Part shown: one piece after another, positions 1-10,133 of the stretch
Numbering within the stretch: position 1 is the stretch's first letter
Layout of the letters: each line of letters opens with the position of its first letter
Origin: an uncultured Thermoplasmatales archaeon
GTDB lineage: Archaea > Thermoplasmatota > E2 > UBA202 > DSCA01
DNA length: 61,192 nt
Reading direction: 5' to 3'
Assembly (NCBI GenBank): GCA_964514975.1
Contig: CAZESS010000011.1
Span: forward strand, 1-61,192
Made by a program: the position numbers and the translations under genes
The notes under the pieces: model-generated
Database searches by the model: none
Told to the model about the DNA's origin: nothing
The model's input: only the letters and a program-made list of their open reading frames with translations

Positions 1-53
1 AGCGATTCATCCCTTGCCTAAAGGCAAGGGTTTTCTCGCTAGATTGAGGATAA
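1..53 (-). mobile_element. IS200/IS605-family left end (subterminal hairpin plus TTAT target tetranucleotide); element continues beyond window
   Basis: Hairpin CCCTTGCCT-AA-AGGCAAGGG (11-30) inside outer stem AGCGA/TCGCT (1-5/36-40); minus strand reads TTAT-CCTCAATCTAGCGAGAAAACCCTTGCCTTTAGGCAAGGGATGAATCGCT, the layout of archaeal IS605-type left ends. No tnpA/tnpB in window. Confidence 0.7.
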
Positions 54-89
54 GAGCTGGTTCCGTCACCCGTTTTTTCCAGGTGCCTG

Positions 90-3000
90 TTAGCCCTCGC
101 CGTGCCACATGCCCGGTGATGTCACATACACAAAGACGCCCATGCCCCGGGTGATGCGGAAGTCCATCGCCGGCGGCGACACATCGACCAAAAAGGACTG
201 GAAAACGCTGCTTGTAGCGTTCCAGTAGGCCACGATGGTACAGTTGCCAACCGCCGCACCGAGCGAGCTGGCGTTGGACACTATCGTGTCGTACCAGCCC
301 AGAGTGTTCCAGCCCATTGAGAGCGCAACCTCAACATCTGCAACCGGCGTGTCAGCCGCCCCGGCATAACAGTCATGTTCGACGTATACGAAATAGCCGA
401 CGCCGTCATGGATGTCGTAATCCATCCCGGGCGGCGAGATACCGACCAGGAACGACTGGAACATGCTGCTCGACGCGTTCCAGTAGGCCACGATGCTGCA
501 CCCGGAGATGTTTTCGCCAAGGCTGCAGGCGGTGTAGGTGTGGTTGACGGGCATCGTAACCAGGTTCCACCCCTGGCAAAGGTCGAAGGTGAACGTTGGC
601 ACGGGAACATGTGCCATGGCCTCAACGCCATCATATGACTCCATGTTGCCCAAGTGGTCCGTGGCGATGGTATGGAACTCGTAGTATGCCGGGGCATCGG
701 GCGCCGTGAACATCCATGTGCCGTCTTCGCCTGTGCCATAATGATGCCAGTCGCTCCATGTCGCATTGTCCGGGCTGTACCGGTAATACAGGGAAACGTT
801 TTTCACGCCACAGCCGAGGTCCGTCGGCACGCAGGACACCGGGAACGGGATATGGCTGTGCATGTATGGCTCGATGGGGATGATGTCGGCTGTCGGCGGC
901 GTCATGTCCACCGGGTGATACTGAACATGGGGTGGCGAGTACGTGATGTATTCACCAGTGATGTGCACGTTTTCGATGACCGCACCATAGCCATGGTTCC
1001 ATTCGTCGGTGTACGTGAAGTTGAGCATGATGACGTTGCCATCGGCGATGTCGGACATGTTGAGCGTCCATGGGCCGCTGACGTTGCCAGTCAGCGTCAG
1101 CACAGGCGTCCAGTTGCCACCATAGTCATCCGATATACTTAGAGAGAGCGTTTCGGTGGCACGTGCCCGCAATGCTCCGTCGAAAATGAGCTGGGTGTCG
1201 TTGAACAGGCTACAGCTAATCGGCGCCGATATGAGGGAGTCGGTGCTGGGAAGCTCGTAGAACAACGAGTCATCGAGCACCATGAAACTGCCCTCGAGGG
1301 ATTCGTTCAGCCAGCCGGGGGTCGTGTTTGTCCACTGCCAGGTCAGGGTGGTATTGTCGATGTCGTTGCTCATCCATCTGTCCGGATATCGCTGGAATGT
1401 CTCGCTGAAAGCTATCTGGTCCTCCATTTTGGCTTTTCCATAGAATTCGATGCCGTGTTCGCCCTCGCCATTGAAATGGATGGGCGTATCTGGGTCGTAG
1501 AGCATCCAGTCGGTCCAGGTATCGTCGTACCACAGCCGGTAGTAGTTCCAGACGGGATACGGGCAGTCAAGCGGGTAGTCTACAAGCTCGATTGGCGTTG
1601 CATCTGTCATCCATAGCGTGGTCCCGTCGTCGTATTGCGGGGTGCCTATTTCTTTTTCTTTCCGGATTATGTACATCACGTAGTCCTCAACCTCGCCGTA
1701 CTGTGCATGGGCATAGGTGTCGATGAGCGCCATGGTGAACGGGTGCTGTGAATCATAGCGCGGGTAGGGATATACACCGGCGTTTTCCCCGTAGTCCAGG
1801 CGGGTCCGATACCATATCCAGCCGTCTACCGCGGGAAGCGGAACCGTCGTTTTGCGGTATGCATGTTCGTTGAGCAATGGAGCAAATGTCCTGAATGACG
1901 GGGTGGCAAATGTGGAATAGTCAGGCCAGAACTGGCCGTAGCAGCAGGTCATGTTTGGTCCACCCCACCAGGTGGACGTATATGCCGGGCATTTCAACAA
2001 AAACTCTCCGCCGTCATCCCAGTCGCCGTCCTTGTTCCAGTCGAACCATGTGTTGATGAATATCTTTTTTTCATCTCTTTTGGAGGCATGGTATTCGTCG
2101 TATCTGCCATCGTCGACGTCATGCACAAACGGGTTTTCCACCTGGATGTGGAACTCTATCTCTGCGCTTCCGCCGGCGAAACCGATGCCCCGGAGGGAGA
2201 CGCCGTCATCGTATGCATCGGTATTGTTTTCCATGCTCGCCTGGTAGGGAGGATGGGGATTCAGCGGTTGCCGCCAGGGATAGAGATTCGACCACAGGTC
2301 GACGTCATAGGGCGGAAACGGCTCGACGTTGGAATCATATTCCGGGCTGGTGTCCCATCCCAGCCATTCCTCTCCCATGTCCTCATGGCTCGCCCCGTAT
2401 CCAGTGTCTCCCTGCAGCGTGGTGGGATATCGTCCCGGCGTGTGATGCTTCGGGTCGGGTGCATCTCCAAAATCGGGGCCGCATATCATCCGCAGCCTGC
2501 CGTCATGGTCGATGCCCGATACCACCCTGTCCTGCAACGACTGGCGAGGGTCAACCTTGCGGAGTATCCAATCTTTCACATCGGTATGCCCCAGGTCGGG
2601 ATACTGGCACCAGAAATGAGCCACGGAGCCGGCCACCACGGGAGTCGCCATGGACGTGCCCGACATGTACCTAACTAATGAGTATTTTATATTCGGTTGA
2701 AATGCTGTAAGCGGGCGTGGAAGATGAGGGGGATTATGCACATCGGCATCGCCTGCATTTACAAAACTTCCAGCAGGGTACGTTGGGCCACCTGCGAAGC
2801 TTTTTATTGTTAACCGTTGGTCTCCTGGTGTAACATTACCATCATTATCGTTATCGACATATATATTGTCAGCATCATCAAACCCGTTAGGCAAATGCCA
2901 GTCATTGAACTTTTCATTCGCTGCAAAACTGTGCAAACTGTCCCCGACGTCGCTGTCAGCGGCCTGCACCACCGTGTTCGGGGCATATCCGGGTATCGCC

Positions 3001-5480
3001 CGCCGCGATGCTATTTCCGTTAGCCTGCGGTCGCCCGCCGACACCGTGTCATCGTCGCTCCGGTATACATATCTCCCGTGCATAGCCAGGCTCGATATGT
3101 CCTGCCCGGGGGCCACGATGTCAACGGATGTGTTACCCCAGTTAGAGAAACCTGCAAGGTCATCCTGGTTATCAGATGCGGCAACGGCGATGATGTTGGC
3201 TGAGGTCAGTTTGGGCGGGTAATCGCTGTATGCACCAGCTGCGTCAACCCTATCAACATTCTGGCCGTAGTTGTTGCCAACCGCGCACACGAATAAAATC
3301 TCTTCGTTGTGCAGGTCCTGGATGGCTGCCCCATAAACGTCTGCCAGTCCGCTCCCGGTGATTATCCGTTCAGCCTGGTTTTCGTTTACCCCATACCATC
3401 TCATCACATCATGTCGAGAGACCCCCTGGCTGTAGCTCACAACGTTGACCTGCACCCCGCTGTTTTTCTGCTGGACGATGTAGTCCACACAGTGAGCAAA
3501 GAGCGACACGGAGGCCCGCCGCAGCCCAGCTTCCAGTAAGCCATGGGGACCTCGGACACTAACGGAGCCCGTTTTTAGCACCATCAACTGCGCCCGCCAG
3601 CAGATGCCTGTACCGCCCATCCCGTTATTTCCCTGTGCACATATAATACCGGCGCAATGCGTGCCATGTCCATCCTCGTCCTCGTCATCCGGGGAGCCAT
3701 CACCCGAATAGGTCATTCTCCATCGATTGGTGAAGTGGTCCCATCGACCCCTGACTGAAAACTCTGCTCCATGTACGTCGTCCACGACACCGTTGCCGTC
3801 GTCATCAGGGTTGCCGTCCCCGTCGTCGTCACCCGTCGGGTCATCTGGGTTCGTCCACAGGTTGGCCATTATGTCCGGGTGATGTAAGTCCACGCCGCCG
3901 TCTATTATGGCTATGACGAAATCATCGCCGTTCCAGTCCTGCCTGCAGTCCGTGATGTGCTCCCATGCCTGCGGGGCGTCGATATCGGCATCTATCAGGC
4001 CGGCTGGCACCCCCGGGTTTGTTCCGTAGTTATTCAAATGCCACTGCTTGGGATAGCATGGATCGTTCGGAGCAGTCAGATGAGCGGGTTTTACCTGCCG
4101 GGGGTAGGTGTACATATCCAGAGAGACAGCGCTCACGTGTGTATCGTTCCTGAACATGTAGAGCGTATCGAACTCTGACTGGCTGGCACCCGTGATGTTC
4201 AGGAGGTACATGTCGGGATGGGAGAGACGAGCTATTGTCTCTGTCCCATAGCCAGCGATTGTGGTGTTTATCGTTGCATTGGTGACATTTTGCTTGAATG
4301 CAACAAGCAATGAGCCGGGCGCAAACAATGGCTTCGTGCCGCCATCCCGTATCGCATGCGGCCATCGGTCCTGGTTGTCTCCCCCGGATATGTTGTAGGG
4401 GTGGTCGACGAGGAGGTCGAACCCGGTCAGGTTTTGATGGTATCCGTGGTGGTCGTCCGGCGTGGTGTGGTCGCTCCAGTGGTTGCCGCCGCCCGGGTAG
4501 CCGTTGTCCCATGAGGAGTCGCATGCGTCATATGCCTGGTGGGTGTTGTTGGTGAAGGTGTTGTAGAAAATCGCGTTGCTGTTGCTGCCGTCGGAGATGT
4601 ACACGCCATAGTGGTTGTCGGTGATGGTGTTGAACATGAGCGTGTTGTTCTCGGCATTCCAGAGTTTGACGGCATAGGATGAGAGATATGCGCTGCAATT
4701 GTGCAGCGTGCATCCCGATATGGTGTTGCGGTCAGAGGTGTGCAGCCGGATGTTGTGGTAATCGTTTGCGTGAACGGTGCAGGCTGTGATGTTTGTCGCG
4801 GAGGAACCGGTGAGCCCGATGCCGCCATAATCGTTCGCTGTGATGTCGCAGTCTGTTATCGCGGTCCCGGTCGCGCTGTTGAGGCTGACGCCCCACCAGG
4901 TGTTGTTGTGGATGGCGCAGGATGTAATGGTGTTGTCGTCGGTGTAGAATACGCTGACGCCGTCTTGGTCGTTGTCGTGGATGTCACAGCCGGTTACGAG
5001 GTTGTCGTCGCCGGTGTAGTAGAACCAGATGCCGTAGTAGCTGCCGGTGATGGTGCAGGCGGTTATCGTGTTCGTGTCGGAGAGGACCTTGATACCGGCG
5101 GCGGACGCCCCGCTGTTTTTGATACCGAGGTTGGTGATGGTGACGTTGTCGATGTTGAGGGTGACCACGTCCCCGGTCATGTTTCCGTCTATGGTCGTGG
5201 TATCGCGGTCTTCACCGATAATGTCTATCATAGTATTGACCGTTACATGTTCGGTGTATGTTCCGTTGTAGACGTATATCGTGTCGCCGCTGCTGGCGTT
5301 GTCCACGGCCGCCTGGATGCTGCTGTAGTTGCCCGGGCCGGTTCCCCCCACATACAGCGTGGCGCCCCGCTCTCCGGCGTGTTCGTGTCCGCCGTCTTCG
5401 CCGATTCCCGTGACGGCATACGACACGAGAACGATGCCGCCGATACATACTGCCACCAATATAATGGTTGCTTTTTGCAT
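90..5480 (-). CDS. Large secreted mosaic S8 (subtilisin-like) serine protease: NosD/pectin-lyase-like beta-helix, S8 domain, GEVED-like domain, duplicated C-terminal domain
   Basis: N-terminal hydrophobic signal; YVGGTGPGNYSSIQAAVD plus parallel beta-helix repeats; catalytic motifs IIDGGVD, HGTHCAG, AVGN, GTSMATP; DFGDAP...GEVEDY; SD GGAGG before ATG. Confidence 0.9.
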   Translation of the reverse strand: MQKATIILVAVCIGGIVLVSYAVTGIGEDGGHEHAGERGATLYVGGTGPGNYSSIQAAVDNASSGDTIYVYNGTYTEHVTVNTMIDIIGEDRDTTTIDGNMTGDVVTLNIDNVTITNLGIKNSGASAAGIKVLSDTNTITACTITGSYYGIWFYYTGDDNLVTGCDIHDNDQDGVSVFYTDDNTITSCAIHNNTWWGVSLNSATGTAITDCDITANDYGGIGLTGSSATNITACTVHANDYHNIRLHTSDRNTISGCTLHNCSAYLSSYAVKLWNAENNTLMFNTITDNHYGVYISDGSNSNAIFYNTFTNNTHQAYDACDSSWDNGYPGGGNHWSDHTTPDDHHGYHQNLTGFDLLVDHPYNISGGDNQDRWPHAIRDGGTKPLFAPGSLLVAFKQNVTNATINTTIAGYGTETIARLSHPDMYLLNITGASQSEFDTLYMFRNDTHVSAVSLDMYTYPRQVKPAHLTAPNDPCYPKQWHLNNYGTNPGVPAGLIDADIDAPQAWEHITDCRQDWNGDDFVIAIIDGGVDLHHPDIMANLWTNPDDPTGDDDGDGNPDDDGNGVVDDVHGAEFSVRGRWDHFTNRWRMTYSGDGSPDDEDEDGHGTHCAGIICAQGNNGMGGTGICWRAQLMVLKTGSVSVRGPHGLLEAGLRRASVSLFAHCVDYIVQQKNSGVQVNVVSYSQGVSRHDVMRWYGVNENQAERIITGSGLADVYGAAIQDLHNEEILFVCAVGNNYGQNVDRVDAAGAYSDYPPKLTSANIIAVAASDNQDDLAGFSNWGNTSVDIVAPGQDISSLAMHGRYVYRSDDDTVSAGDRRLTEIASRRAIPGYAPNTVVQAADSDVGDSLHSFAANEKFNDWHLPNGFDDADNIYVDNDNDGNVTPGDQRLTIKSFAGGPTYPAGSFVNAGDADVHNPPHLPRPLTAFQPNIKYSLVRYMSGTSMATPVVAGSVAHFWCQYPDLGHTDVKDWILRKVDPRQSLQDRVVSGIDHDGRLRMICGPDFGDAPDPKHHTPGRYPTTLQGDTGYGASHEDMGEEWLGWDTSPEYDSNVEPFPPYDVDLWSNLYPWRQPLNPHPPYQASMENNTDAYDDGVSLRGIGFAGGSAEIEFHIQVENPFVHDVDDGRYDEYHASKRDEKKIFINTWFDWNKDGDWDDGGEFLLKCPAYTSTWWGGPNMTCCYGQFWPDYSTFATPSFRTFAPLLNEHAYRKTTVPLPAVDGWIWYRTRLDYGENAGVYPYPRYDSQHPFTMALIDTYAHAQYGEVEDYVMYIIRKEKEIGTPQYDDGTTLWMTDATPIELVDYPLDCPYPVWNYYRLWYDDTWTDWMLYDPDTPIHFNGEGEHGIEFYGKAKMEDQIAFSETFQRYPDRWMSNDIDNTTLTWQWTNTTPGWLNESLEGSFMVLDDSLFYELPSTDSLISAPISCSLFNDTQLIFDGALRARATETLSLSISDDYGGNWTPVLTLTGNVSGPWTLNMSDIADGNVIMLNFTYTDEWNHGYGAVIENVHITGEYITYSPPHVQYHPVDMTPPTADIIPIEPYMHSHIPFPVSCVPTDLGCGVKNVSLYYRYSPDNATWSDWHHYGTGEDGTWMFTAPDAPAYYEFHTIATDHLGNMESYDGVEAMAHVPVPTFTFDLCQGWNLVTMPVNHTYTACSLGENISGCSIVAYWNASSSMFQSFLVGISPPGMDYDIHDGVGYFVYVEHDCYAGAADTPVADVEVALSMGWNTLGWYDTIVSNASSLGAAVGNCTIVAYWNATSSVFQSFLVDVSPPAMDFRITRGMGVFVYVTSPGMWHGEG

Positions 5481-5600
5481 TTTATGCCTCCCAATATGTA
5501 TACTATTTAAACCACGAGGCTGATTTAAACGTTTCTATGGAGACGTGTCCGCTCCGCCGGCGCATCGACACGTATTTATAAAAAATAGGGCTTTTCTCAC

Positions 5601-6848
5601 ATGGAAAAGACGTCACGTATCTCCGGTTTTTACAAGCTGTCCATGGAGGAGCGCATCGAACGGGTGCAGGCGTTCGCCGATCTGAGCGACAGCGAGGCAG
5701 CAATGCTGCACTCGATGCAGGGGCTGGACACGGGCACGGCGGACCGGCTGATAGAGAACGTCATCGGGTCGATGCAGCTGCCCCTTGGCGTGGCGACCAA
5801 TTTCACGGTCAACGGCAAAGACTACCTGGTGCCCATGGCGGTCGAGGAGACATCGGTGGTCGCTGCTGCCTCGAACGGCGCGAAGCGCGCCCGTGTCAAG
5901 GGCGGGTTTACGGCGAGCGCAGACGACCCGGTCATGATCGGCCAGGTGCAGGTGCTCCATCCCGAGAGCGGTGCCGCCGATGCTATACTGCAGCACAGGG
6001 ATGACATCCTTGAGCTTGCCAACGCGCAGGACAGGGTGCTCGTCGAACTGGGCGGGGGGGGCCGTGACGTCGAGGTGCGCAGCCTCGGCGATGACATGCT
6101 CGTGGTGCATCTGTATGTCGATGTCAGGGACGCGATGGGTGCCAATGCGGTCAACACGATGGCGGAGGCGGTTGCACCGCTCATCGAGGATCTTTCGGGG
6201 GGGAGCGCCAGGCTGCGCATCATCTCGAATCTGGCGGACCGCCGGCTCGTCCGGGCGAAGGCGGTATTTGATAAGGAGGCGCTCGGCGGCGAGGGGGTCG
6301 TCGACCACATCCTGGAGGCATACCGGTTTGCGGCCCTGGATCCCTACCGGGCGGCGACCCATAACAAGGGTATTATGAACGGTGTCGATGCCGTGGTCAT
6401 CGCCACGGGGAACGACTGGCGCGCCATTGAGGCGGGTGCACACAGCTATGCCGCCCGGGATGGCTACGGCCCGCTGACCCATTACGAGAAAAACGGGGAC
6501 GGCGACCTCGTCGGCTCCATCGAGCTGCCGCTCGCCCTGGGCACGGTTGGCGGCACCACCCGGATACATCCAATGGCGCAGCTTGCTCTCAAGATATTGG
6601 ACGTGGAGTCGGCGGCGGAGCTGGCGATGGTTGTCGCCTCCGTGGGGCTGGCGCAGAACTTCGCCGCGCTGCACGCACTGGCAACCAGGGGTATCCAGCA
6701 GGGCCACATGCGTCTGCATGCTAAAAACATCGCCGTGACGGCAGGGGCATGCGGCGAGGAAATCGACGAGGTTGCAGGGCGGATGGTCGAAGAAAATGCT
6801 ATCAGGACGGACCGCGCCGAGGAAATCCTGCGGGACATACGCGGCTGA
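5601..6848 (+). CDS. mvaA: Hydroxymethylglutaryl-CoA reductase, class II (bacterial/degradative type)
   Basis: [36 protein letters not shown] motifs; TTTATA box about 25 nt upstream. Confidence 0.95.
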   Translation: MEKTSRISGFYKLSMEERIERVQAFADLSDSEAAMLHSMQGLDTGTADRLIENVIGSMQLPLGVATNFTVNGKDYLVPMAVEETSVVAAASNGAKRARVKGGFTASADDPVMIGQVQVLHPESGAADAILQHRDDILELANAQDRVLVELGGGGRDVEVRSLGDDMLVVHLYVDVRDAMGANAVNTMAEAVAPLIEDLSGGSARLRIISNLADRRLVRAKAVFDKEALGGEGVVDHILEAYRFAALDPYRAATHNKGIMNGVDAVVIATGNDWRAIEAGAHSYAARDGYGPLTHYEKNGDGDLVGSIELPLALGTVGGTTRIHPMAQLALKILDVESAAELAMVVASVGLAQNFAALHALATRGIQQGHMRLHAKNIAVTAGACGEEIDEVAGRMVEENAIRTDRAEEILRDIRG

Positions 6849-7631
6849 CTATTTGATGTGTCGGGATGCCCGGGATACGATGAGCACCAGGATGAACGAG
6901 ATAATGTAGGCCACCAACGTCCCGAGGCCGATGTCGAGCTCGGGGAAGAGATAATGTACGGCGACGCTGAACCCGACGGTGGTCGCCGAACCCAGCATCA
7001 TGGACTTGGCCATCGCGCCGGCGAACCGTGCGCCGTGCTCATAGACAAAGATGGTCATCGTCGATGTAAAAATGGCGGGGAATACCGAAAAAATGCCGGA
7101 TATCGCCGCGCCGACGTTCGATAGCAGCACCGCTATGGCGATGACGGTGCCGGCCAGCAGGCCCCGGAACAAAATTTTCCGGCCCGTGTAGTGCACGCTG
7201 ACGGGGCTCCGCGACGGCACCTTTTTCCAGAGCTCCAGGAACAGGAACGACGGCAGCATCAATGCAAGGTAGATGGCCAGCGAGAGCCATACATGGCCGG
7301 GCGACAGCAGGTACAGGCCGGCGGAGAGCAGCGCCCACATTCCGAGGGAGACGGTCAGCGCGAAGGAGAGCGAGCGATATGCGGCGACGGAGAAAACCGC
7401 AAGGAAGAGAATGTTGATACCCATCTCCGCCGGTACGACAAGGGCTGCATCCGCAGCGAACATGGCGCCACGGTTGACCCCGATGAAGACCAACGCCACG
7501 GCCAGGTTGGTGGGCAGCGTGCCGATGATACCGCCGATTTTGGTACCGTAGCGCTCGGCGACCAGCGTGATGACAATGACAACGGCGGCGGACAGCGAAA
7601 ACGGGATGACGACCTGTGTGAGCCAGTCCAT
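6849..7631 (-). CDS. Integral membrane protein (DUF3147-like, internally duplicated)
   Basis: About 8 hydrophobic helices; AERYGTKIGGIIGTLP and GAAISGIFSVFP repeated motif; start chosen at MDWLTQ (track gives 7661). Confidence 0.7.
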   Translation of the reverse strand: MDWLTQVVIPFSLSAAVVIVITLVAERYGTKIGGIIGTLPTNLAVALVFIGVNRGAMFAADAALVVPAEMGINILFLAVFSVAAYRSLSFALTVSLGMWALLSAGLYLLSPGHVWLSLAIYLALMLPSFLFLELWKKVPSRSPVSVHYTGRKILFRGLLAGTVIAIAVLLSNVGAAISGIFSVFPAIFTSTMTIFVYEHGARFAGAMAKSMMLGSATTVGFSVAVHYLFPELDIGLGTLVAYIISFILVLIVSRASRHIK

Positions 7632-7697
7632 GGCAGGGGATACACCGGGGGTATAAAACATGCTCGAGGGTCATCGGCCGTCCATGGAGGAAGCGCT

Positions 7698-7736
7698 GTT
7701 AAACCAGATTTTAACCATGTTCAACCAGGGTTGAAC
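7698..7736. promoter_or_regulatory. Two tandem 18-bp palindromic operators upstream of the LuxE-like operon
   Basis: GTTAAACCAGATTTTAAC (7698-7715) and perfect 8-2-8 GTTCAACC-AG-GGTTGAAC (7719-7736), 21 bp apart, directly before TATA box TTTATAT (7742-7748). Confidence 0.7.
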
Positions 7737-7771
7737 TGACATTTATATCACGGGCATATCATTGTGCGGCA

Positions 7772-9136
7772 ATGGCAGCTACCACGCTCTATGACCGAGC
7801 CGAAGAGCTTTTCGGGCGGCCGCGCTCCACCTGGACGACGGTGGACGAAATGATATATGGCATGGACGGCTACTTTGACCGGGACCGCGAGGCGACGAGC
7901 GAGATGCGTTTCCGGGCGATACGGGAGGCGCTCGAGCATCACTACGAGCATAGCAGGTTTTACCGTCGCCTCTGCAGGGAATATGATTTTTCGCCCGATG
8001 ACGTCCAAAACGAGGGCGACCTGCATCGGGTGCCCATGATCCCCGACACGTTTTTCAAGGAATACCCGTCGGAGGACCCCCGCCAGGTCTATGAATGGCT
8101 TCGGAAGATCACCACGGTCGACATCGGCGACTATGACTACAGCGGGCGGTCGCTGCAGGGCTTTCTCCGATGGGCCGAGCGGCGCCTGGAGGGCATGGTC
8201 AACCATTCATCCGGCACCACGGGCCATTACAGTTTCATGTTCCGCGACCGGGTGACCTTTCAGCGCTTCTACTATGCAGTGGTTACCACGCTGCTGTCGG
8301 TGTCGCCGCCGCGGGATGAGCCGCATTACGTGTACCCCGGCTCACCGAACACCTATCTGACGCTTGGCAGATGGCTCGGCGAGGGCGCCCGTATCTTTGA
8401 AGAGAGCAGACAGCATTTTTTGACCGACCGGGAGATCACGATGGATGTCGCCCGGCTTATGTCGACGGGGCAGCCCCGCGGCATCAGGGACAGGCTGACG
8501 CTGCTGATGCTCCGCCGGGCCATGAAAAAGGGCGAGCGACGGCTCGTTGACCTGCTGCAGCGGCTCGACAAACAAGGTGAGCAGACCTATGTCATCGGTC
8601 CGCCGTTCCAGATTTTTAGCGTCATGCAGCGGATGCGCGACGGCGACCTGTCGCTCTCGCTGGGCGAGGATGGGGGCGCGCTGTTCACCGGCGGCGGCTG
8701 GAAGATATTCGAGGACCGGAAGATATCCGAGCAGGAGTTCGCCGAGATGGCGGAGGAAACGCTGGGCATCCCGCCGGAGCGCTATGTGGACATCTACGGC
8801 ATGTCCGAGATGAACGGGCTGGCCATCTCGTGTGAAAAGCGGTACAAGCATCTGCATCCCTGGATTTATCCGATGGTGCTCGATGACAACGAGGGCATGC
8901 TGGGCTACGATGAATGGGGACGGTTTGCGTTTTTGGATCCCGTGGCAAACAGCTACCCGGGCTTCATTCTTACGGGCGACCGCGTCCGCCTGCTCGATGA
9001 ATGCCCCGGCTGCGGCAAAACGGGTCCGGTGCTCGACAGCGACATCAGCAGGATGGCCGGCTCGGAGGCAAAGGGATGCGCCAATCTGATGCGCGGGCTG
9101 ATGGCGAACGAGCTCAAAAAGGCGGAGGAACGGTAG
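7772..9136 (+). CDS. LuxE/PaaK-like acyl-protein synthetase (ANL adenylating enzyme)
   Basis: HSSGTTG P-loop, TGGGWK, DIYGMSEMN, ILTGD, C-terminal R..GSEAKGC with the LuxE acyl-acceptor Cys. Confidence 0.85.
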   Translation: MAATTLYDRAEELFGRPRSTWTTVDEMIYGMDGYFDRDREATSEMRFRAIREALEHHYEHSRFYRRLCREYDFSPDDVQNEGDLHRVPMIPDTFFKEYPSEDPRQVYEWLRKITTVDIGDYDYSGRSLQGFLRWAERRLEGMVNHSSGTTGHYSFMFRDRVTFQRFYYAVVTTLLSVSPPRDEPHYVYPGSPNTYLTLGRWLGEGARIFEESRQHFLTDREITMDVARLMSTGQPRGIRDRLTLLMLRRAMKKGERRLVDLLQRLDKQGEQTYVIGPPFQIFSVMQRMRDGDLSLSLGEDGGALFTGGGWKIFEDRKISEQEFAEMAEETLGIPPERYVDIYGMSEMNGLAISCEKRYKHLHPWIYPMVLDDNEGMLGYDEWGRFAFLDPVANSYPGFILTGDRVRLLDECPGCGKTGPVLDSDISRMAGSEAKGCANLMRGLMANELKKAEER

Positions 9137-9137
9137 C

Positions 9138-10106
9138 ATGTCGTTGCGGGAACTGCGGGAGAAAGGCTATTTTTTCGACGGGGAATGGATACGGACCTTC
9201 GGGCGGGCGCTGCCGTCGCTCATCGCCATCTCGCTGCGCCATCCATTGCTCGTGCTGCATGCAAACCGCGCCTGCCCGGAGGGACCGAAAAACCTGCGCC
9301 CCGACGAGCTGCCCTACGAGATTCCATCCTATGATGAGGCGATGGAATGCGGCGCCACCGGCGAGCGGTATCTCCGCCCGACATATCTGTGTGAGCCCTG
9401 CACCGAGAGCATCGTCGCGATGGCGCATGAGCTGGGCGCCTTCGAACTGGATGACTGGAGCTATGCAGAGCGGGTGTTCCAGTTTGTGAACCGGAACATC
9501 CGCGTGGATTTTTCGCCCATCAAGTCGGCATCCGAGACGCTGCACCGGGGGCATGGCACCTGCATCGACAAGATGTCGCTGTTCATCGCGCTGTGCCGGG
9601 CCGCCGGCATCCCTGGACGGTACCGGCTGTACAACCCCACCGGCGTCCAGGCATTGTATGACATCTATTTATCCGCCGATCCATTGGTGCAGAAATGGTT
9701 TGACGCGCTGGGGTTTTTCATCCTGCACGGCAGCGCCGAGGTGTACATCGACGATGAATGGGTCATCAGCGACGTTTCCGCCGATTTTTATCATACCATA
9801 TCGGCCAGGATTCCGGTGCCGCATTTCGGCGAGGACCCCGCCGATACGTGGATAAAGCCGGCCAGAGGGGTCATGCAGAAGGAGGGGCTCCCGCTGGGGT
9901 TGAAAACAATCGGCAGGCTGCCATTTGTGTTGTTCGGGGGCACCGGCCGGGCTATCAACGCCAGCGTCAAAGCCAGCCTGGAGGAGGGAAAACGGTTGCT
10001 CGAGGACACCAGCCTCGAGGAATACGACCGTGCCATCAGGGAAAACTATACGCCGAAATGGATCCAGTCGGCGCAGAAGGCAACCAAGGTGCTGGACGAG
10101 CTGTAG
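9138..10106 (+). CDS. Transglutaminase-like domain protein
   Basis: GTCIDKMSLFIALCRAAGIPGRY (Cys), LHGSAEVYID (His), WVISD (Asp); starts 1 nt after LuxE-like stop; no signal peptide. Confidence 0.85.
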   Translation: MSLRELREKGYFFDGEWIRTFGRALPSLIAISLRHPLLVLHANRACPEGPKNLRPDELPYEIPSYDEAMECGATGERYLRPTYLCEPCTESIVAMAHELGAFELDDWSYAERVFQFVNRNIRVDFSPIKSASETLHRGHGTCIDKMSLFIALCRAAGIPGRYRLYNPTGVQALYDIYLSADPLVQKWFDALGFFILHGSAEVYIDDEWVISDVSADFYHTISARIPVPHFGEDPADTWIKPARGVMQKEGLPLGLKTIGRLPFVLFGGTGRAINASVKASLEEGKRLLEDTSLEEYDRAIRENYTPKWIQSAQKATKVLDEL

Positions 10107-10133
10107 CCGGACGGAAAAAAGAGAAAAAGCATT

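Noticed and set aside
2667-3062. Intein or intron in the S8 active-site region
   Set aside because: No N-terminal Cys/Ser with C-terminal His-Asn, no LAGLIDADG motifs in the insert; it is in frame and is a tandem repeat.
3985-4008. AGLIDAD in the S8 protein resembling LAGLIDADG
   Set aside because: Lies in the usual subtilase pre-catalytic segment (G..DADIDAPQAW); coincidental.
5613-6719. Long antisense and alternate-frame ORFs (also 23175-24377, 36054-37289, 37891-39018, 53256-54569)
   Set aside because: Shadow ORFs expected from high GC and codon bias over well-supported genes; no motifs.
7772-9136. Bioluminescence (lux) operon
   Set aside because: No luxA/B/C/D in the window; LuxE-like enzymes occur widely outside luminescence.
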